A stretch of DNA of 63,903 nt, counting the filler, from a bacterium (GTDB taxonomy: Bacteria; UBA9089; CG2-30-40-21; SBAY01), in assembly GCA_040757115.1 (NCBI GenBank). It is 6 parts of 6 records of this genome, joined end to end, with 100 filler letters (N's around TTAATTAATTAA, not from the genome) between each part and the next. Parts side by side here need not be neighbours in the genome. Positions count along the whole stretch, not along the records: positions 33,088 to 43,721 come from JBFLYA010000130.1; 5 more parts are not named here. One strand, given 5' to 3'. The notes under the pieces are model-generated. The model was not told where the DNA came from, did not search any database, and saw only the letters and a program-made list of their open reading frames with translations. Position numbers and translations under genes: made by a program. Below, one piece after another: positions 33,401 through 42,705 of this stretch (the first letter of the stretch is position 1; every line of letters starts with the position of its first letter).

Positions 33401-33531
33401 TTCTAACAAATCGTTGCAGCGGACGGCGGGAGCTAACTGCTTTTCAAAAGTTTGTAGTTTATCAAAGTTTTGTCTTGCTTATAAAGTTTAGTGGCAATTC
33501 TCCCCGCCGCCGCTGAACTCAATCGTTAGGC
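33401..33531 (+). repeat. attC site
   Basis: ttctaacaaatcgttgcagcggacggcggg...ccccgccgccgctgaactcaatcgttaggc. Confidence 0.85.
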
Positions 33532-33655
33532 ATCTTGTCAAAGCTGAAGTATACTATGATGGTGGCGACGAGGTTAGCGCATTTTGGATTTAAACAATTA
33601 AGATTTTGAGTCTGTCCAGTATGATTTGTACTGTAGATACGAACGGTGATGAATA

Positions 33656-33892
33656 GTGATAGGATTTGAGATCATTGGTGAAATTAGAAATGTGGAGATA
33701 ATCGCAACGGGTCAGGGAGTACATATCCGCCGCTATCTGGATCGAACCTATGGCAAGGGACACTGGCGGAAAATGAAAGGTAGAGCAACTGTGCGATTAA
33801 TTGATGATACAATCTGTGAAGCCGAGATACACTGGTTTGAAGCACATGGTATAGGTCGTAAGGATTTCAAAGTCAAAAAGGTGATTCGATGA
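33656..33892 (+). CDS. Conserved hypothetical cassette protein (putative toxin)
   Basis: WRKMKG...AEIHWFEAHGIG; 4-nt overlap with the next gene. Confidence 0.75.
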   Translation: MIGFEIIGEIRNVEIIATGQGVHIRRYLDRTYGKGHWRKMKGRATVRLIDDTICEAEIHWFEAHGIGRKDFKVKKVIR

Positions 33893-34137
33893 GTACATTT
33901 GTAATTTGTATCAACAACGAGAGCAATCCAGCGAGTTTGATTATAGGCAAAGTTTACCAGATTCTGCCAGACGCAGAAGCAAAGGCACATAACATGTTGC
34001 GCATTATTGATGAAGACAAATCCGAGTATGATGGTTATCTTTACCCGGTATCAATGTTCGCACCGATCACTTTGCCAAAGATAGCGGAGAGGGTATTGAT
34101 GGCAACAGGTGAGAGAATACCCCTGTTGTCCCACTAA
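33889..34137 (+). CDS. Conserved hypothetical cassette protein (putative antitoxin)
   Basis: FVICINN..PASL..GKVY..RIIDE..GYLYP; translationally coupled to the upstream gene. Confidence 0.75.
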   Translation: MSTFVICINNESNPASLIIGKVYQILPDAEAKAHNMLRIIDEDKSEYDGYLYPVSMFAPITLPKIAERVLMATGERIPLLSH

Positions 34138-34232
34138 GTGCGATAAGATATTTTAGGGTCAACCGTCAATGTGAAATGCACAATAATTCGGTGAGGCAGA
34201 GGAAAAGGAAAAGACAGCGAATCAAAGCTTTT

Positions 34233-34364
34233 GTCTAACCCTGCGTTGCAGTTGACGGCGGGGGACTGTGCCGTGGTCAGAGTTTTGTGGTCTCTCAAAG
34301 TTTTATCTTGCTATCAAACTTTTGTGGTAATCCTCCCCGCCGCACCTGAACTTTATCGTTAGAC
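34233..34364 (+). repeat. attC site (132 bp)
   Basis: gtctaac...gttagac imperfect palindrome. Confidence 0.9.
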
Positions 34365-34383
34365 AGATGAAAAAGAGGTTTAA

Positions 34384-35733
34384 ATGAAGGCTATATTTAA
34401 GATTCTTTTATGGGTGAGTTTCGTCTTACTCATAGGTGGCTGCGCTGGCGGCAGATTACAAATAACAAAAGCCCAAATGCCACTACGCTCTTTTGAGGAT
34501 ATTCCCCAAAAGGATATTTCAATAGCAAGAGTCAAGCAAGAATTGAGAGAAGGACATTTTGATAGTGTTAAACGAGTGCTGGACGTTATCTCAAAAGAAG
34601 GATACGAAAATGAGATTGAGATTCATATGTATAGAGGGATATTATATTACTATCAAAACAGGTTACAATCTGCTCTTAATGAATTTGAAAAGTCCCTAAA
34701 TCTTCTGGTCCCAACGGTTGAACAAGCTATCCAGAAAGACCTTTATGAAAACGCAGGGTATCTATATTATGACCTCAATGACTATAAAAAAGCAGCGGTC
34801 TATCTTCGCAAATGCAAAGAGTTAGGTGGAGAAGTTGAGGAAGCCGATATTGAATTCTTTGAAAAATTTCAGGGTACTCCTTACCGGATTGAGACCCAAG
34901 ATCAAAGAGCGAACTTAAAGATGGATTACAAAGGAATTCCTATAGTCAAAGGCAGCATTAATGGAAGTAAGGAGCTAAGTTTTATAGTAGACACAGGAGC
35001 GCAGATGACCGTGTTGTCATCAGAGATGGCGAACAAGCTGAAGATAAAACCTCTTGTCTCTGGCAGCAAGGGAGCTGGAGCTGGTGGCGAATTTTCTGTT
35101 GATCTTGGGGTAATCGACTCATTAAGACTTGGTGATGTAATTGTCAGGAATGTCCCTGTTACTATTATTGATTCTAAGGAATTGACATTTAAGCTCTTTG
35201 GGCTTTTGACAATCTTTAAGATAGATGGGGTAATTGGACTTCCGTTACTAAAACAGTTTGATGTTACCTTTGATTACAAAGGCAAGAGACTCATCTTAGA
35301 TATTCCACAGAAGACTGAAGAACCCTCATCCTTTGAAGGCAATTTTTATCTTGTGCGTGATAAGATAATGCTACCCGTAGGCATAAATGGCATTGAAGGA
35401 TTTACATTCATGCTCGATACAGGTGGAGGTGGCGATCATGCTTCTATTACCCCTGAAGGTTTAGAGGAATTAAAGGATCAACAGTTAAAGATTTCTGAGC
35501 AATTAGGTGGAAGTTGGGGTGCTGGCGGTGGAGGAGTAAAGAAGATTAAAGATGTCAAGGATGTCTCCTTGAGAATGTGTGGGTTTGATATTCGGAATGT
35601 AGATCTGCGTGTAGATAAAGACCCTATAAAAGATAAACTCATCGAGATAGATGGTTTTATTGAGAATATGATATTAGAAAACTTCAAGGTAAAGATGGAT
35701 TTTAGAAAGATGCAAATAACATTAGTAGACTAA
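34384..35733 (+). CDS. Lipoprotein with TPR and two retropepsin-like aspartyl protease domains
   Basis: Lipobox LIGGC; FIVDTGA and FMLDTGG; DGVIG. Confidence 0.85.
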   Translation: MKAIFKILLWVSFVLLIGGCAGGRLQITKAQMPLRSFEDIPQKDISIARVKQELREGHFDSVKRVLDVISKEGYENEIEIHMYRGILYYYQNRLQSALNEFEKSLNLLVPTVEQAIQKDLYENAGYLYYDLNDYKKAAVYLRKCKELGGEVEEADIEFFEKFQGTPYRIETQDQRANLKMDYKGIPIVKGSINGSKELSFIVDTGAQMTVLSSEMANKLKIKPLVSGSKGAGAGGEFSVDLGVIDSLRLGDVIVRNVPVTIIDSKELTFKLFGLLTIFKIDGVIGLPLLKQFDVTFDYKGKRLILDIPQKTEEPSSFEGNFYLVRDKIMLPVGINGIEGFTFMLDTGGGGDHASITPEGLEELKDQQLKISEQLGGSWGAGGGGVKKIKDVKDVSLRMCGFDIRNVDLRVDKDPIKDKLIEIDGFIENMILENFKVKMDFRKMQITLVD

Positions 35734-35770
35734 ATTTGAGATGCTAAAGAGAGGTTTAATTTTTTGTTCT

Positions 35771-35902
35771 GTCTAACCCATCGCTGCACCTGACTGCGGG
35801 GGGCTGTGCCGTAATTAGAGTTTTGTGGTATCCCAAGTTTTTATCTTGTTTACAAAGTTTAGTGGTAATTCTCCTCGCAGCAGGTGAGCTTTATCGTTAG
35901 AT
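35771..35902 (+). repeat. attC site (divergent 132-bp variant)
   Basis: tctgtctaac is the exact reverse complement of gttagacaga at the cassette start. Confidence 0.9.
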
Positions 35903-35927
35903 TCAACACTCAGAAAGGAAAGGTATT

Positions 35928-36164
35928 ATGACTGTAACGGTTGAAAAGATTGCAAATGAAGTCAAATTGCTTCAGGAATGGGAGTTGAACGAGTTTCTGG
36001 CCTGGCTTACAGACTACGAGCTTGAACATTTTGACGAATGGGACAAGGAGATTCAACGCGATTCACAGCCGGGTGGACGCTTGCAGGTCATGCTGGATGG
36101 TGTTCGCGATGACATTTCCGCGGGAAGGACTAAACCTCTTGATGAAATCATTAACAACTCCTGA
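35928..36164 (+). CDS. Putative antitoxin
   Basis: WDKEIQRD...GRT pattern; overlaps the downstream toxin. Confidence 0.75.
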   Translation: MTVTVEKIANEVKLLQEWELNEFLAWLTDYELEHFDEWDKEIQRDSQPGGRLQVMLDGVRDDISAGRTKPLDEIINNS

Positions 36165-36402
36165 TTTCTGGAATTTATACTTTTCTTTGCCTCCTGAAAT
36201 CAAATCTCTAGCCAGAAGGATGTATCAATTGTGGAAGAGAAATCCGAGACATCCCTCTCTACACTTTAAGAAAGTTGGTCAGGTATGGTCTATCAGAGTC
36301 GGCGAAGGATTTCGGGCATTGGCCATGAGGGAAAGCGATACTTTCTTCTGGTTCTGGATTGGAAATCATGATGAGTATAAAAGACTTATTGGGAAGTTAT
36401 GA
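36142..36402 (+). CDS. RelE/ParE-like toxin
   Basis: MKSLTTPDFW...NPRHPSLHFKKV..WSIRV..FRAL..WFWIGNHDEY. Confidence 0.82.
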   Translation: MKSLTTPDFWNLYFSLPPEIKSLARRMYQLWKRNPRHPSLHFKKVGQVWSIRVGEGFRALAMRESDTFFWFWIGNHDEYKRLIGKL

Positions 36403-36565
36403 TTCGCGGAGGGTTCGCTGATTAAAGGAATGGAGATATCTAAGGAAGTTTTAGAGTCAACGGGAGATATTAGGGGCATGTCATTGACAGGTCAACCGTG
36501 AATGTGGAATGCACAATAATTCGGTGAGGCAGAGGAAAAGGAAAAGACAGCGAATCAAAGCTTTT

Positions 36566-36697
36566 GTCTAACCCTGCGTTGCAGTTGACGGCGGGGGACT
36601 GTGCCGTGGTCAGAGTTTTGTGGTCTCTCAAAGTTTTATCTTGCTATCAAACTTTTGTGGTAATTCTCCCCGCCGCACCTGAACTTTATCGTTAGAC
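36566..36697 (+). repeat. attC site (132 bp)
   Basis: Near-identical to 34233-34364. Confidence 0.9.
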
Positions 36698-36753
36698 AGT
36701 GTGATACAATTGTGTCTCAGATTTGCGATTGTAGAAAATTAGGAGGATGGACT

Positions 36754-36978
36754 ATGTTGACAAAAATGATTGATGTGCATGAAGTTCAATCTCATTTGCA
36801 AGGGTTGTTATCCCAAGTACTGACAGGTATGGAACTTATCTTTACGGACGGAGATAAACCAGTTGCTCGTCTTGTACCAGTTGCTGCACGAGTGGCAGGA
36901 TTACACGCAGGAGCAATTTGGACAAGCATGGATTTTGATGAGCCTTTACCTGAAGAATTTTGGATGGGAAATATATGA
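36754..36978 (+). CDS. Phd/YefM-family antitoxin
   Basis: KPVARLVP, DFDEPLPEEF; AGGAGG RBS. Confidence 0.85.
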   Translation: MLTKMIDVHEVQSHLQGLLSQVLTGMELIFTDGDKPVARLVPVAARVAGLHAGAIWTSMDFDEPLPEEFWMGNI

Positions 36979-37361
36979 AATTGCTCTTAGATACACACAC
37001 TTTCATCTGGTGGGATAGTGAGCCAACAAAACTTTCGGTACAAGTTCTTGCATTATGCCAGAACCGAGAAAATATGTTGCTGTTAAGCGTCGCCAGCATC
37101 TGGGAAATGCAAATCAAACTTCAATTAGGGAAATTGAAGTTTTCAGTGCCTTTAAAAGAAATCATCGAGACTCAGCAACAGACAAACAATGTTAAAGTGT
37201 TACCTGTTACCTTGCCACATGTGTTGGCAGTGGAGAAATTGCCTGTCTATCATAAAGACCCATTTGATCGTCTCCTGATTGCTCAAGCTACGGTTGAAGA
37301 AGCAGTGCTCGTTACAGGGGACCCGATACTTACCAATTATCCAGTGAAAGTGGTGTGGTAA
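36975..37361 (+). CDS. PIN/VapC toxin
   Basis: LLLDTH, SIWE, HKDPFDRLLIAQA. Confidence 0.92.
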   Translation: MKLLLDTHTFIWWDSEPTKLSVQVLALCQNRENMLLLSVASIWEMQIKLQLGKLKFSVPLKEIIETQQQTNNVKVLPVTLPHVLAVEKLPVYHKDPFDRLLIAQATVEEAVLVTGDPILTNYPVKVVW

Positions 37362-37476
37362 TTGTGTAAAAACTAAATAGAGAATTGAAGTATTAGGAGG
37401 GTCAAACCGTGAATGTGGAATGCACAATAATTTGGTGAGGCAGAGGAAAAGGAAAAGACAGCGAATCAGAGCTTTT

Positions 37477-37608
37477 GTCTAACCCTGCGTTGCAGTTGAC
37501 GGCGGGGGACTGTGCCGTGGTCAGAGTTTTGTGGTCTCTCAAAGTTTTATCTTGCTATCAAACTTTTGTGGTAATTCTCCCCACCGCACCTGAACTTTAT
37601 CGTTAGCC
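37477..37608 (+). repeat. attC site (132 bp)
   Basis: Near-identical copy ending gttagcc. Confidence 0.9.
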
Positions 37609-37638
37609 ACAAACTGCAATTAGAAAGAGAGGTTAAAT

Positions 37639-37899
37639 ATGCCAGAGATTAGTCGATTTTATGGTATAATCATTGGGATGTTTTATGATGATCATAATCC
37701 TCCTCATTTCCATGCTCGGTACGGAAAAGATAAGGCAGCTGTGGAAATCACTACTTTGCGGGTGTTGGAAGGGAAAATTCCTCCCCGATCATTAGGATTA
37801 GTGGTCGAATGGGCATCACAACACCAAGAAGAACTGTTACAGGATTGGGAGTTGGCCAAAAACAATCAGCCCCCCAAAAAGATTATCCCTTTAGATTAA
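37639..37899 (+). CDS. DUF4160-family protein
   Basis: MPEISRFYGI..DHNPPHFHA. Confidence 0.88.
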   Translation: MPEISRFYGIIIGMFYDDHNPPHFHARYGKDKAAVEITTLRVLEGKIPPRSLGLVVEWASQHQEELLQDWELAKNNQPPKKIIPLD

Positions 37900-37912
37900 G
37901 TGGAGGTTTTCA

Positions 37913-38179
37913 ATGATTCATGATGTTGTTTCAGCGGTTTATAAAGGCGGGTACAAGATAAAGTTAACTTTTGATGATGGGAAAAATGGAGTTGTTGATT
38001 TTGCAAAATACTTGACGGCAGGTGGAGTCTTCACGAAATTCAAGGATGTTGAATTCTTCAAGAACTTCACAGTGAATGAAGAGTTGGGTGTCATCACCTG
38101 GAATAATGAGGTAGATGTTGCACCGGAAACACTTTATTCTGAAGCTACAGGGTCTTCTTTGCCAAGATGGATGCAATAA
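37913..38179 (+). CDS. DUF2442-family protein
   Basis: LTFDDG..W.NEVDVAPETLY; usual partner of DUF4160. Confidence 0.85.
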   Translation: MIHDVVSAVYKGGYKIKLTFDDGKNGVVDFAKYLTAGGVFTKFKDVEFFKNFTVNEELGVITWNNEVDVAPETLYSEATGSSLPRWMQ

Positions 38180-38275
38180 CTATAATAGGGAGTATTAGGG
38201 TCAAACCGTGAATGTGGAATGCACAATAATTCGGTGAGGCAGAGGAAAAGGAAAAGACAGCGAATCAGAGCTTTT

Positions 38276-38407
38276 GTCTAACCCTGCGTTGCAGTTGACG
38301 GCGGGGGACTGTGCCGTGGTCAGAGTTTTGTGGTCTCTCAAAGTTTTATCTTGCTATCAAACTTTTGTGGTAATTCTCCCCGCCGCACCTGAACTTTATC
38401 GTTAGAC
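38276..38407 (+). repeat. attC site (132 bp)
   Basis: Near-identical copy. Confidence 0.9.
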
Positions 38408-38436
38408 TAACCACAAAAAAGGTAGAATTACACAAA

Positions 38437-38922
38437 ATGAAAAGATACATTTTTATTGCCTTAATATTAATATTTATTTTATGGGCGATAGGTGGATTAG
38501 CTGTATGGTTATTTTTACCAAATTGGTCCATTCGTGGTACCTTCGGTGATATGTTTGGAGCTATCAATTCTCTTTTTTCTGGATTAGCGTTAGCTGGAGT
38601 GATTATTGCAATACTTCTCCAGAAAACTGAACTTGAACTGCAAAGACACGAATTAGAAATGACCAGAGAAGAACTTCACCGTGCCGCTGAGGCTCAGGAA
38701 AAATCGCAACAAGCACTTAAGCAACAGGTAGAGAATCAAAAACTTTTGGCTCAACTTGAATCCATTAATGCACTGCTTGCTTCTTATGGTGATCAAATTG
38801 AGGGAATGAAGGGAAATAGTACAGTCGTAATGACACTAAAAGAACAGTGTGAAAAGAAGATAAATAAGTTGCGTGAATCTTTGGAAAAAGTACTTTCTGA
38901 CGCAGGGCTAAATTTAGAATAG
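38437..38922 (+). CDS. Two-TM plus coiled-coil cassette protein (N-terminus resembles putative Abi-type membrane proteins)
   Basis: GTFGDMFGAINSLFSGLALAG..LLQ..EL..Q..EL..TREEL. Confidence 0.7.
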   Translation: MKRYIFIALILIFILWAIGGLAVWLFLPNWSIRGTFGDMFGAINSLFSGLALAGVIIAILLQKTELELQRHELEMTREELHRAAEAQEKSQQALKQQVENQKLLAQLESINALLASYGDQIEGMKGNSTVVMTLKEQCEKKINKLRESLEKVLSDAGLNLE

Positions 38923-39110
38923 AAACTTAGAGAAGAATTGGAGTCATCTCCCGAATTGAGAATTAACGCAAGCAGGAAGAAAAGAGAATTGCAAAACAAA
39001 GTTTTTGTCTAATCCAGCGATGTTCCCTGATTTTTATGAGAGGAGGCTCTGACTTGCTTCGCGTGCCCGTGAGTTTTGTCATTATGACCAAATGATGTAT
39101 AGGAGACTAA

Positions 39111-39296
39111 ATGAAATTCAGTGAACTGGTTAGATTATTAGAAGAAAATGGATTTAGAATTGTGAAAGAAAAAGGCTCAATAAGATACTATGGAAAGACT
39201 GGGTGGAATAAAATGGTTCGACTTGATTACCACGGATCAAAGGAAGTTCCTACAGGCACTTGCAATAGTATCCTAAAGGCTGCAGGAATTAAATGA
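39111..39296 (+). CDS. hicA: HicA-family toxin
   Basis: LEENGF...KGS...HGSKEVPTGT..SILK.AG. Confidence 0.85.
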   Translation: MKFSELVRLLEENGFRIVKEKGSIRYYGKTGWNKMVRLDYHGSKEVPTGTCNSILKAAGIK

Positions 39297-39312
39297 CCAT
39301 AAGGAGGATAAG

Positions 39313-39564
39313 ATGATTGAATTACCATATTCATTAGTAATTGAAGCTACGGAAGAACCAGACTATTTTGGTTTCTATTCCCTGGATTTGGAAGGCTTTT
39401 CAGGCATAGGACATTCTGTAGAAGATTGTTTGTACCAGGCTAAGTGGGGAATGAAAGAACATGTTGCTTTACTAAGGGAACAAAGGATTCCAGTCCCTCC
39501 TGAGAACCCAAAAGCTAAGATTATTATTCAGAATGAAAGAAAATTAGATGTGGCAATGGTCTAA
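39313..39564 (+). CDS. hicB: HicB-family antitoxin
   Basis: YSLVIE..DLEGFSGIGHSVED..PVP. Confidence 0.85.
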   Translation: MIELPYSLVIEATEEPDYFGFYSLDLEGFSGIGHSVEDCLYQAKWGMKEHVALLREQRIPVPPENPKAKIIIQNERKLDVAMV

Positions 39565-39618
39565 CAAATCGCTGAAGCTGACGGTGCTTCGCACCGCAGC
39601 TTAGCTTTATCGTTAGAC
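39559..39618 (+). repeat. Short (60 bp) canonical attC
   Basis: gtctaacaaatcgctgaagctgacggtgcttcgcaccgcagcttagctttatcgttagac. Confidence 0.92.
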
Positions 39619-40190
39619 CCTGAGAGGAACAAGAGCATATGTCAAACTTTGAGCACATATTCGAGACCTATAGGAAAGCCGAAGTCAAGAAGTTCACAGA
39701 AATAGCGGACAATATTCGCTCTCTCGATGATCTTTCCTCTCTGCTCTTATGTCTCCTTTAATTATGCTTACTGAAAGAATAAGCGATATACATTTTATCC
39801 AGTATAATCGTCAACGCATCCTTTCTCTATTAACCTGCCTTTTTCTCGTCTGGCTTATGGTCAGGAGCTTTAAAGAGATGCAAACCATTGGTCAGATTTG
39901 TCCAGCAACCAGCTTGATTACATTCAGTAATCTCCTGATGAAGGACTACCTCTTTCCCCATTTGAGCTTACTTCAATTTTTCTCTCCTTTTATTTTTATA
40001 TTAATTTTAACTTTGGCCAGTCCTTCAGGAAGAACCGTATCTTCACGGTATACTATTCTACAATTTTTTTGAATAACTAAAAGATTTTTTTAAGTTTTAA
40101 TCTAAAAAATGGACTATCTTAACCCTAAATTTTAAATGAAGTTAAGGCAATATTAAAAATAAATTGCTATCTTATGCGGTTTTTTATTAC

Positions 40191-40607
40191 TTATTCCGCC
40201 TCAACGGGTGACCTTTTCCTGAACTTAAGCTTGATAAGAAATGTTGAAATCTTACAGGAGCAAATCGTTCTTAATTTGGAAATAATATCCATTATCTGCA
40301 TGCCTAATATAATTATTCCCAAGATTGCAAGGGAGATGAAAACAGTTCCAAATTTAATCGCAGAAGGTGAGTTGCCATAATAATTAGGCAGTGCCTTTGC
40401 AGAGAGCATAATGGCAAATGCCTGCAATGTAATCCATATCCCGCCTATAACCAATAAGGCGATAATTGTCTGTCTTAATACAAAATGCCACCTGTTACGA
40501 TTGCTCCGCCGACGCAACAACAATAATAACTCGTGAACCGGCATCAGTAAAGCCGACAAAAGATAAAATAATCCGCTTATTCCGCTCCCAGGTAGACCCA
40601 CTGCCAT
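40191..40607 (-). CDS. Small membrane protein downstream of the GT2 gene
   Basis: GLPGSGISGLFY plus three hydrophobic segments. Confidence 0.65.
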   Translation of the reverse strand: MAVGLPGSGISGLFYLLSALLMPVHELLLLLRRRSNRNRWHFVLRQTIIALLVIGGIWITLQAFAIMLSAKALPNYYGNSPSAIKFGTVFISLAILGIIILGMQIMDIISKLRTICSCKISTFLIKLKFRKRSPVEAE

Positions 40608-40608
40608 T

Positions 40609-41694
40609 TTAGTGTCCTTTCTCATACATGGCAAAACGCCGCCTCAATATTAATTCACTCCACATTGCCTCTAACATAAAAATACTGTTAATAGTGCGCA
40701 GGACGAAAAATGAGGAAATGCTTGTTAAAATCAACCCCCCTTCTTTCTTACTGCGCATGTGTAAAAGTGCCGGTATCAAGACTGCCGGTGCATCAATTAC
40801 ATACCCAAAAAGAAAAAGAGGGTTTGCAAATAAAATAGCCAATAAAGGCAAAAGCAGAAGATAGGCCACCGATGCAAAAATTCCATCCCACATAGCTATG
40901 GCAATAAGTAGACGCAGGTAGCGAATCCTTGCTATTTTGCTCCAATGCACGCACACATTTTGTATAAAACCGTGTGACCAGCGTTTTAGTTGTTTTTTCA
41001 TAAGTGAAAAATTATGGGGTTCAATAGGATAGGCAAACGCCTCAGGAACAAATACTACTTTGCGGCCTAATTCGTAAAAACTCCATGTCAAATCCACATC
41101 TTCTGCCAGAGTCCTATTAGACCAGCCTCCGTTTTGCTTTAAAATATCTGTTCTGTAGGCAGAAAAACAACCGGAGGAAATGAGGGGTTTTTCATAATAA
41201 TCCTGTATCTGCTTATAAAAGGAAAAAGCAAAGAGATATTCAATATAACGGCCGCGTTCCCAGACCGTCTTTACATAACGAGGGAGCACAAAACCGCAGA
41301 CTGCCGCAGCATTACTTGCCTTAAGGGCATTCAGCATTTTCTCCACTGCATCAGACTCCAAAATAGTATCAGCGTCAATGGCCATAGTGAATTGGGTAGT
41401 TACATCCTTTAAAGCGTAGTTCTGGGCACCTGCCTTTGAGCCAGTGTTATATGGCGGCCTGATAACTGTAACTCCAAGTTCAAGTGCTACTTCAAAAGTA
41501 TTATCAGTAGAACAGTCATCCACCACTATAATTTCATCAGGGGGAACTGTTTGATTCTTTAAACTCATTATTGTATCGGCTATGCTCTTTTCTTCATTGT
41601 ATGCCGGGATTATGACAGTCAAGTTACTCAATTTTTTTACTGATAGGAAATTGCTTTTTTGAGTGTTTTGGGTATTATATCCATTTGTGCCCAT
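40609..41694 (-). CDS. Processive GT2 glycosyltransferase (IcaA/PgaC-like)
   Basis: IPAYNEE, VDDCS, DAD, AED, QLKRW motifs plus C-terminal TMs. Confidence 0.88.
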   Translation of the reverse strand: MGTNGYNTQNTQKSNFLSVKKLSNLTVIIPAYNEEKSIADTIMSLKNQTVPPDEIIVVDDCSTDNTFEVALELGVTVIRPPYNTGSKAGAQNYALKDVTTQFTMAIDADTILESDAVEKMLNALKASNAAAVCGFVLPRYVKTVWERGRYIEYLFAFSFYKQIQDYYEKPLISSGCFSAYRTDILKQNGGWSNRTLAEDVDLTWSFYELGRKVVFVPEAFAYPIEPHNFSLMKKQLKRWSHGFIQNVCVHWSKIARIRYLRLLIAIAMWDGIFASVAYLLLLPLLAILFANPLFLFGYVIDAPAVLIPALLHMRSKKEGGLILTSISSFFVLRTINSIFMLEAMWSELILRRRFAMYEKGH

Positions 41695-41920
41695 TGTGAG
41701 GATATTTTACCACAAATTTTATCCTTTGTCAACAAAAAATTCAAAAAAATTCGACTCTTTTAAAAAAAATCCAAAAATTAGTATCGAAAATCTGCTCGAT
41801 TAGGACAAAATCATAAAAATGGACATTGCCAATAGTGATTTTGGACACACTTATCCTCCGGAAGGTCCTTGGAAGGTCATAAAAGAAAGGACTAAAAAGT
41901 AGGTGAGAATTATGAAGGGT

Positions 41921-42077
41921 ATCATCTTCCCTGCCAGAAACCATTATAAAACCATCTCTTCGTCCCTGGCATATTCTTCAGGATTTCCTCAATATCTTCT
42001 TTTTTGCAGATAATCTCTAACATCCGCATATTACCACCACATTCCGGACACTTCAATGGGTCGATACAAAAATATCC
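41921..42077 (-). pseudogene. IS91-like transposase C-terminal remnant
   Basis: IDPLKCPECGGNMRMLEII..KEDIEEIL; second decayed copy at ~12868-12925. Confidence 0.5.
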
Positions 42078-42705
42078 TAAAATCTTCTATACAAACCAAT
42101 GACTTTCCCCGCAATCTTTATATCCTCTGCAGATACCAGTATTGGTTCCATCTTAGAATTCGCTGGCTCTAATCTCACCAATGATGTGCTTTCACGATAA
42201 TAATATTTCACTGTAGCATCTCCTCCCACAAGTGCTACAACTATATCCCCATTATCGGCTATTTTTTGCCTTCTAACAATCACATAATCCCCTGACAAAA
42301 TCCCTGCTTCAATCATACTATTCCCTTCTACCTTAAGTGCAAAACACTTAGTATTGCTGACTAAATCTTTACCTAAGATAATCTCACCCTCAATATTCTC
42401 CAAAGCCAGTAATGGTAGCCCTGTCTGAATCCTTCCTACTTTTGGAACCTTCACATACTCATCTTCTAATCTCTGTCTTTTATGCTCAACCAACAATTCT
42501 ATAGCCCTGGGTTTGGTTGGGACCTTCCTCAGATAGCTTTTCTCTTGTAACGACTTGAGATGGGCAAAAGGTGCACAAGGAGATTTTAGTCCCAAATGAC
42601 TCTGTATCTCCCTTACCGTAGGTGGGTAACCACATCTCTGGATATTCTCCAGACAAAAGTCTAATACCTGTTGTTGTTTTTCGGTTAATTTAATTCCTTT
42701 GGCAT
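42077..42705 (-). pseudogene. lexA: LexA repressor frameshifted near codon 5
   Basis: LTEKQ..GYPPTVREI HTH and S24 domain (GNSM, ATVK). A tandem taatt duplication at 42686-42695 puts the RBS-linked ATG out of frame. Confidence 0.8.

Larger units (their letters stand above)
33225..39618 (+). mobile_element. Integron-type gene cassette array with no integrase in the window (CALIN-like)
   Basis: attC sites (RYYTAAC...GTTAGRY) at 33296 (truncated), 33401-33531, 34233-34364, 35771-35902, 36566-36697, 37477-37608, 38276-38407, ~39007-39087 (degenerate) and 39559-39618, separating co-oriented small genes. Confidence 0.9.

Noticed and set aside
32559-33516. Small ORFs overlapping attC sites and MITEs (also 2149-2629, 12491-12685, 38346-38567, 55096-55323)
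   Set aside because: They translate repeat DNA and have no coding signals.
33225-38407. Long direct repeats as a CRISPR array
   Set aside because: Repeats are ~210 bp with gene-sized spacers and attC core sites; no cas genes.
39749-40072. 107-aa ORF after the last attC
   Set aside because: No recognisable motif; more likely a frameshifted cassette remnant running into intergenic DNA.
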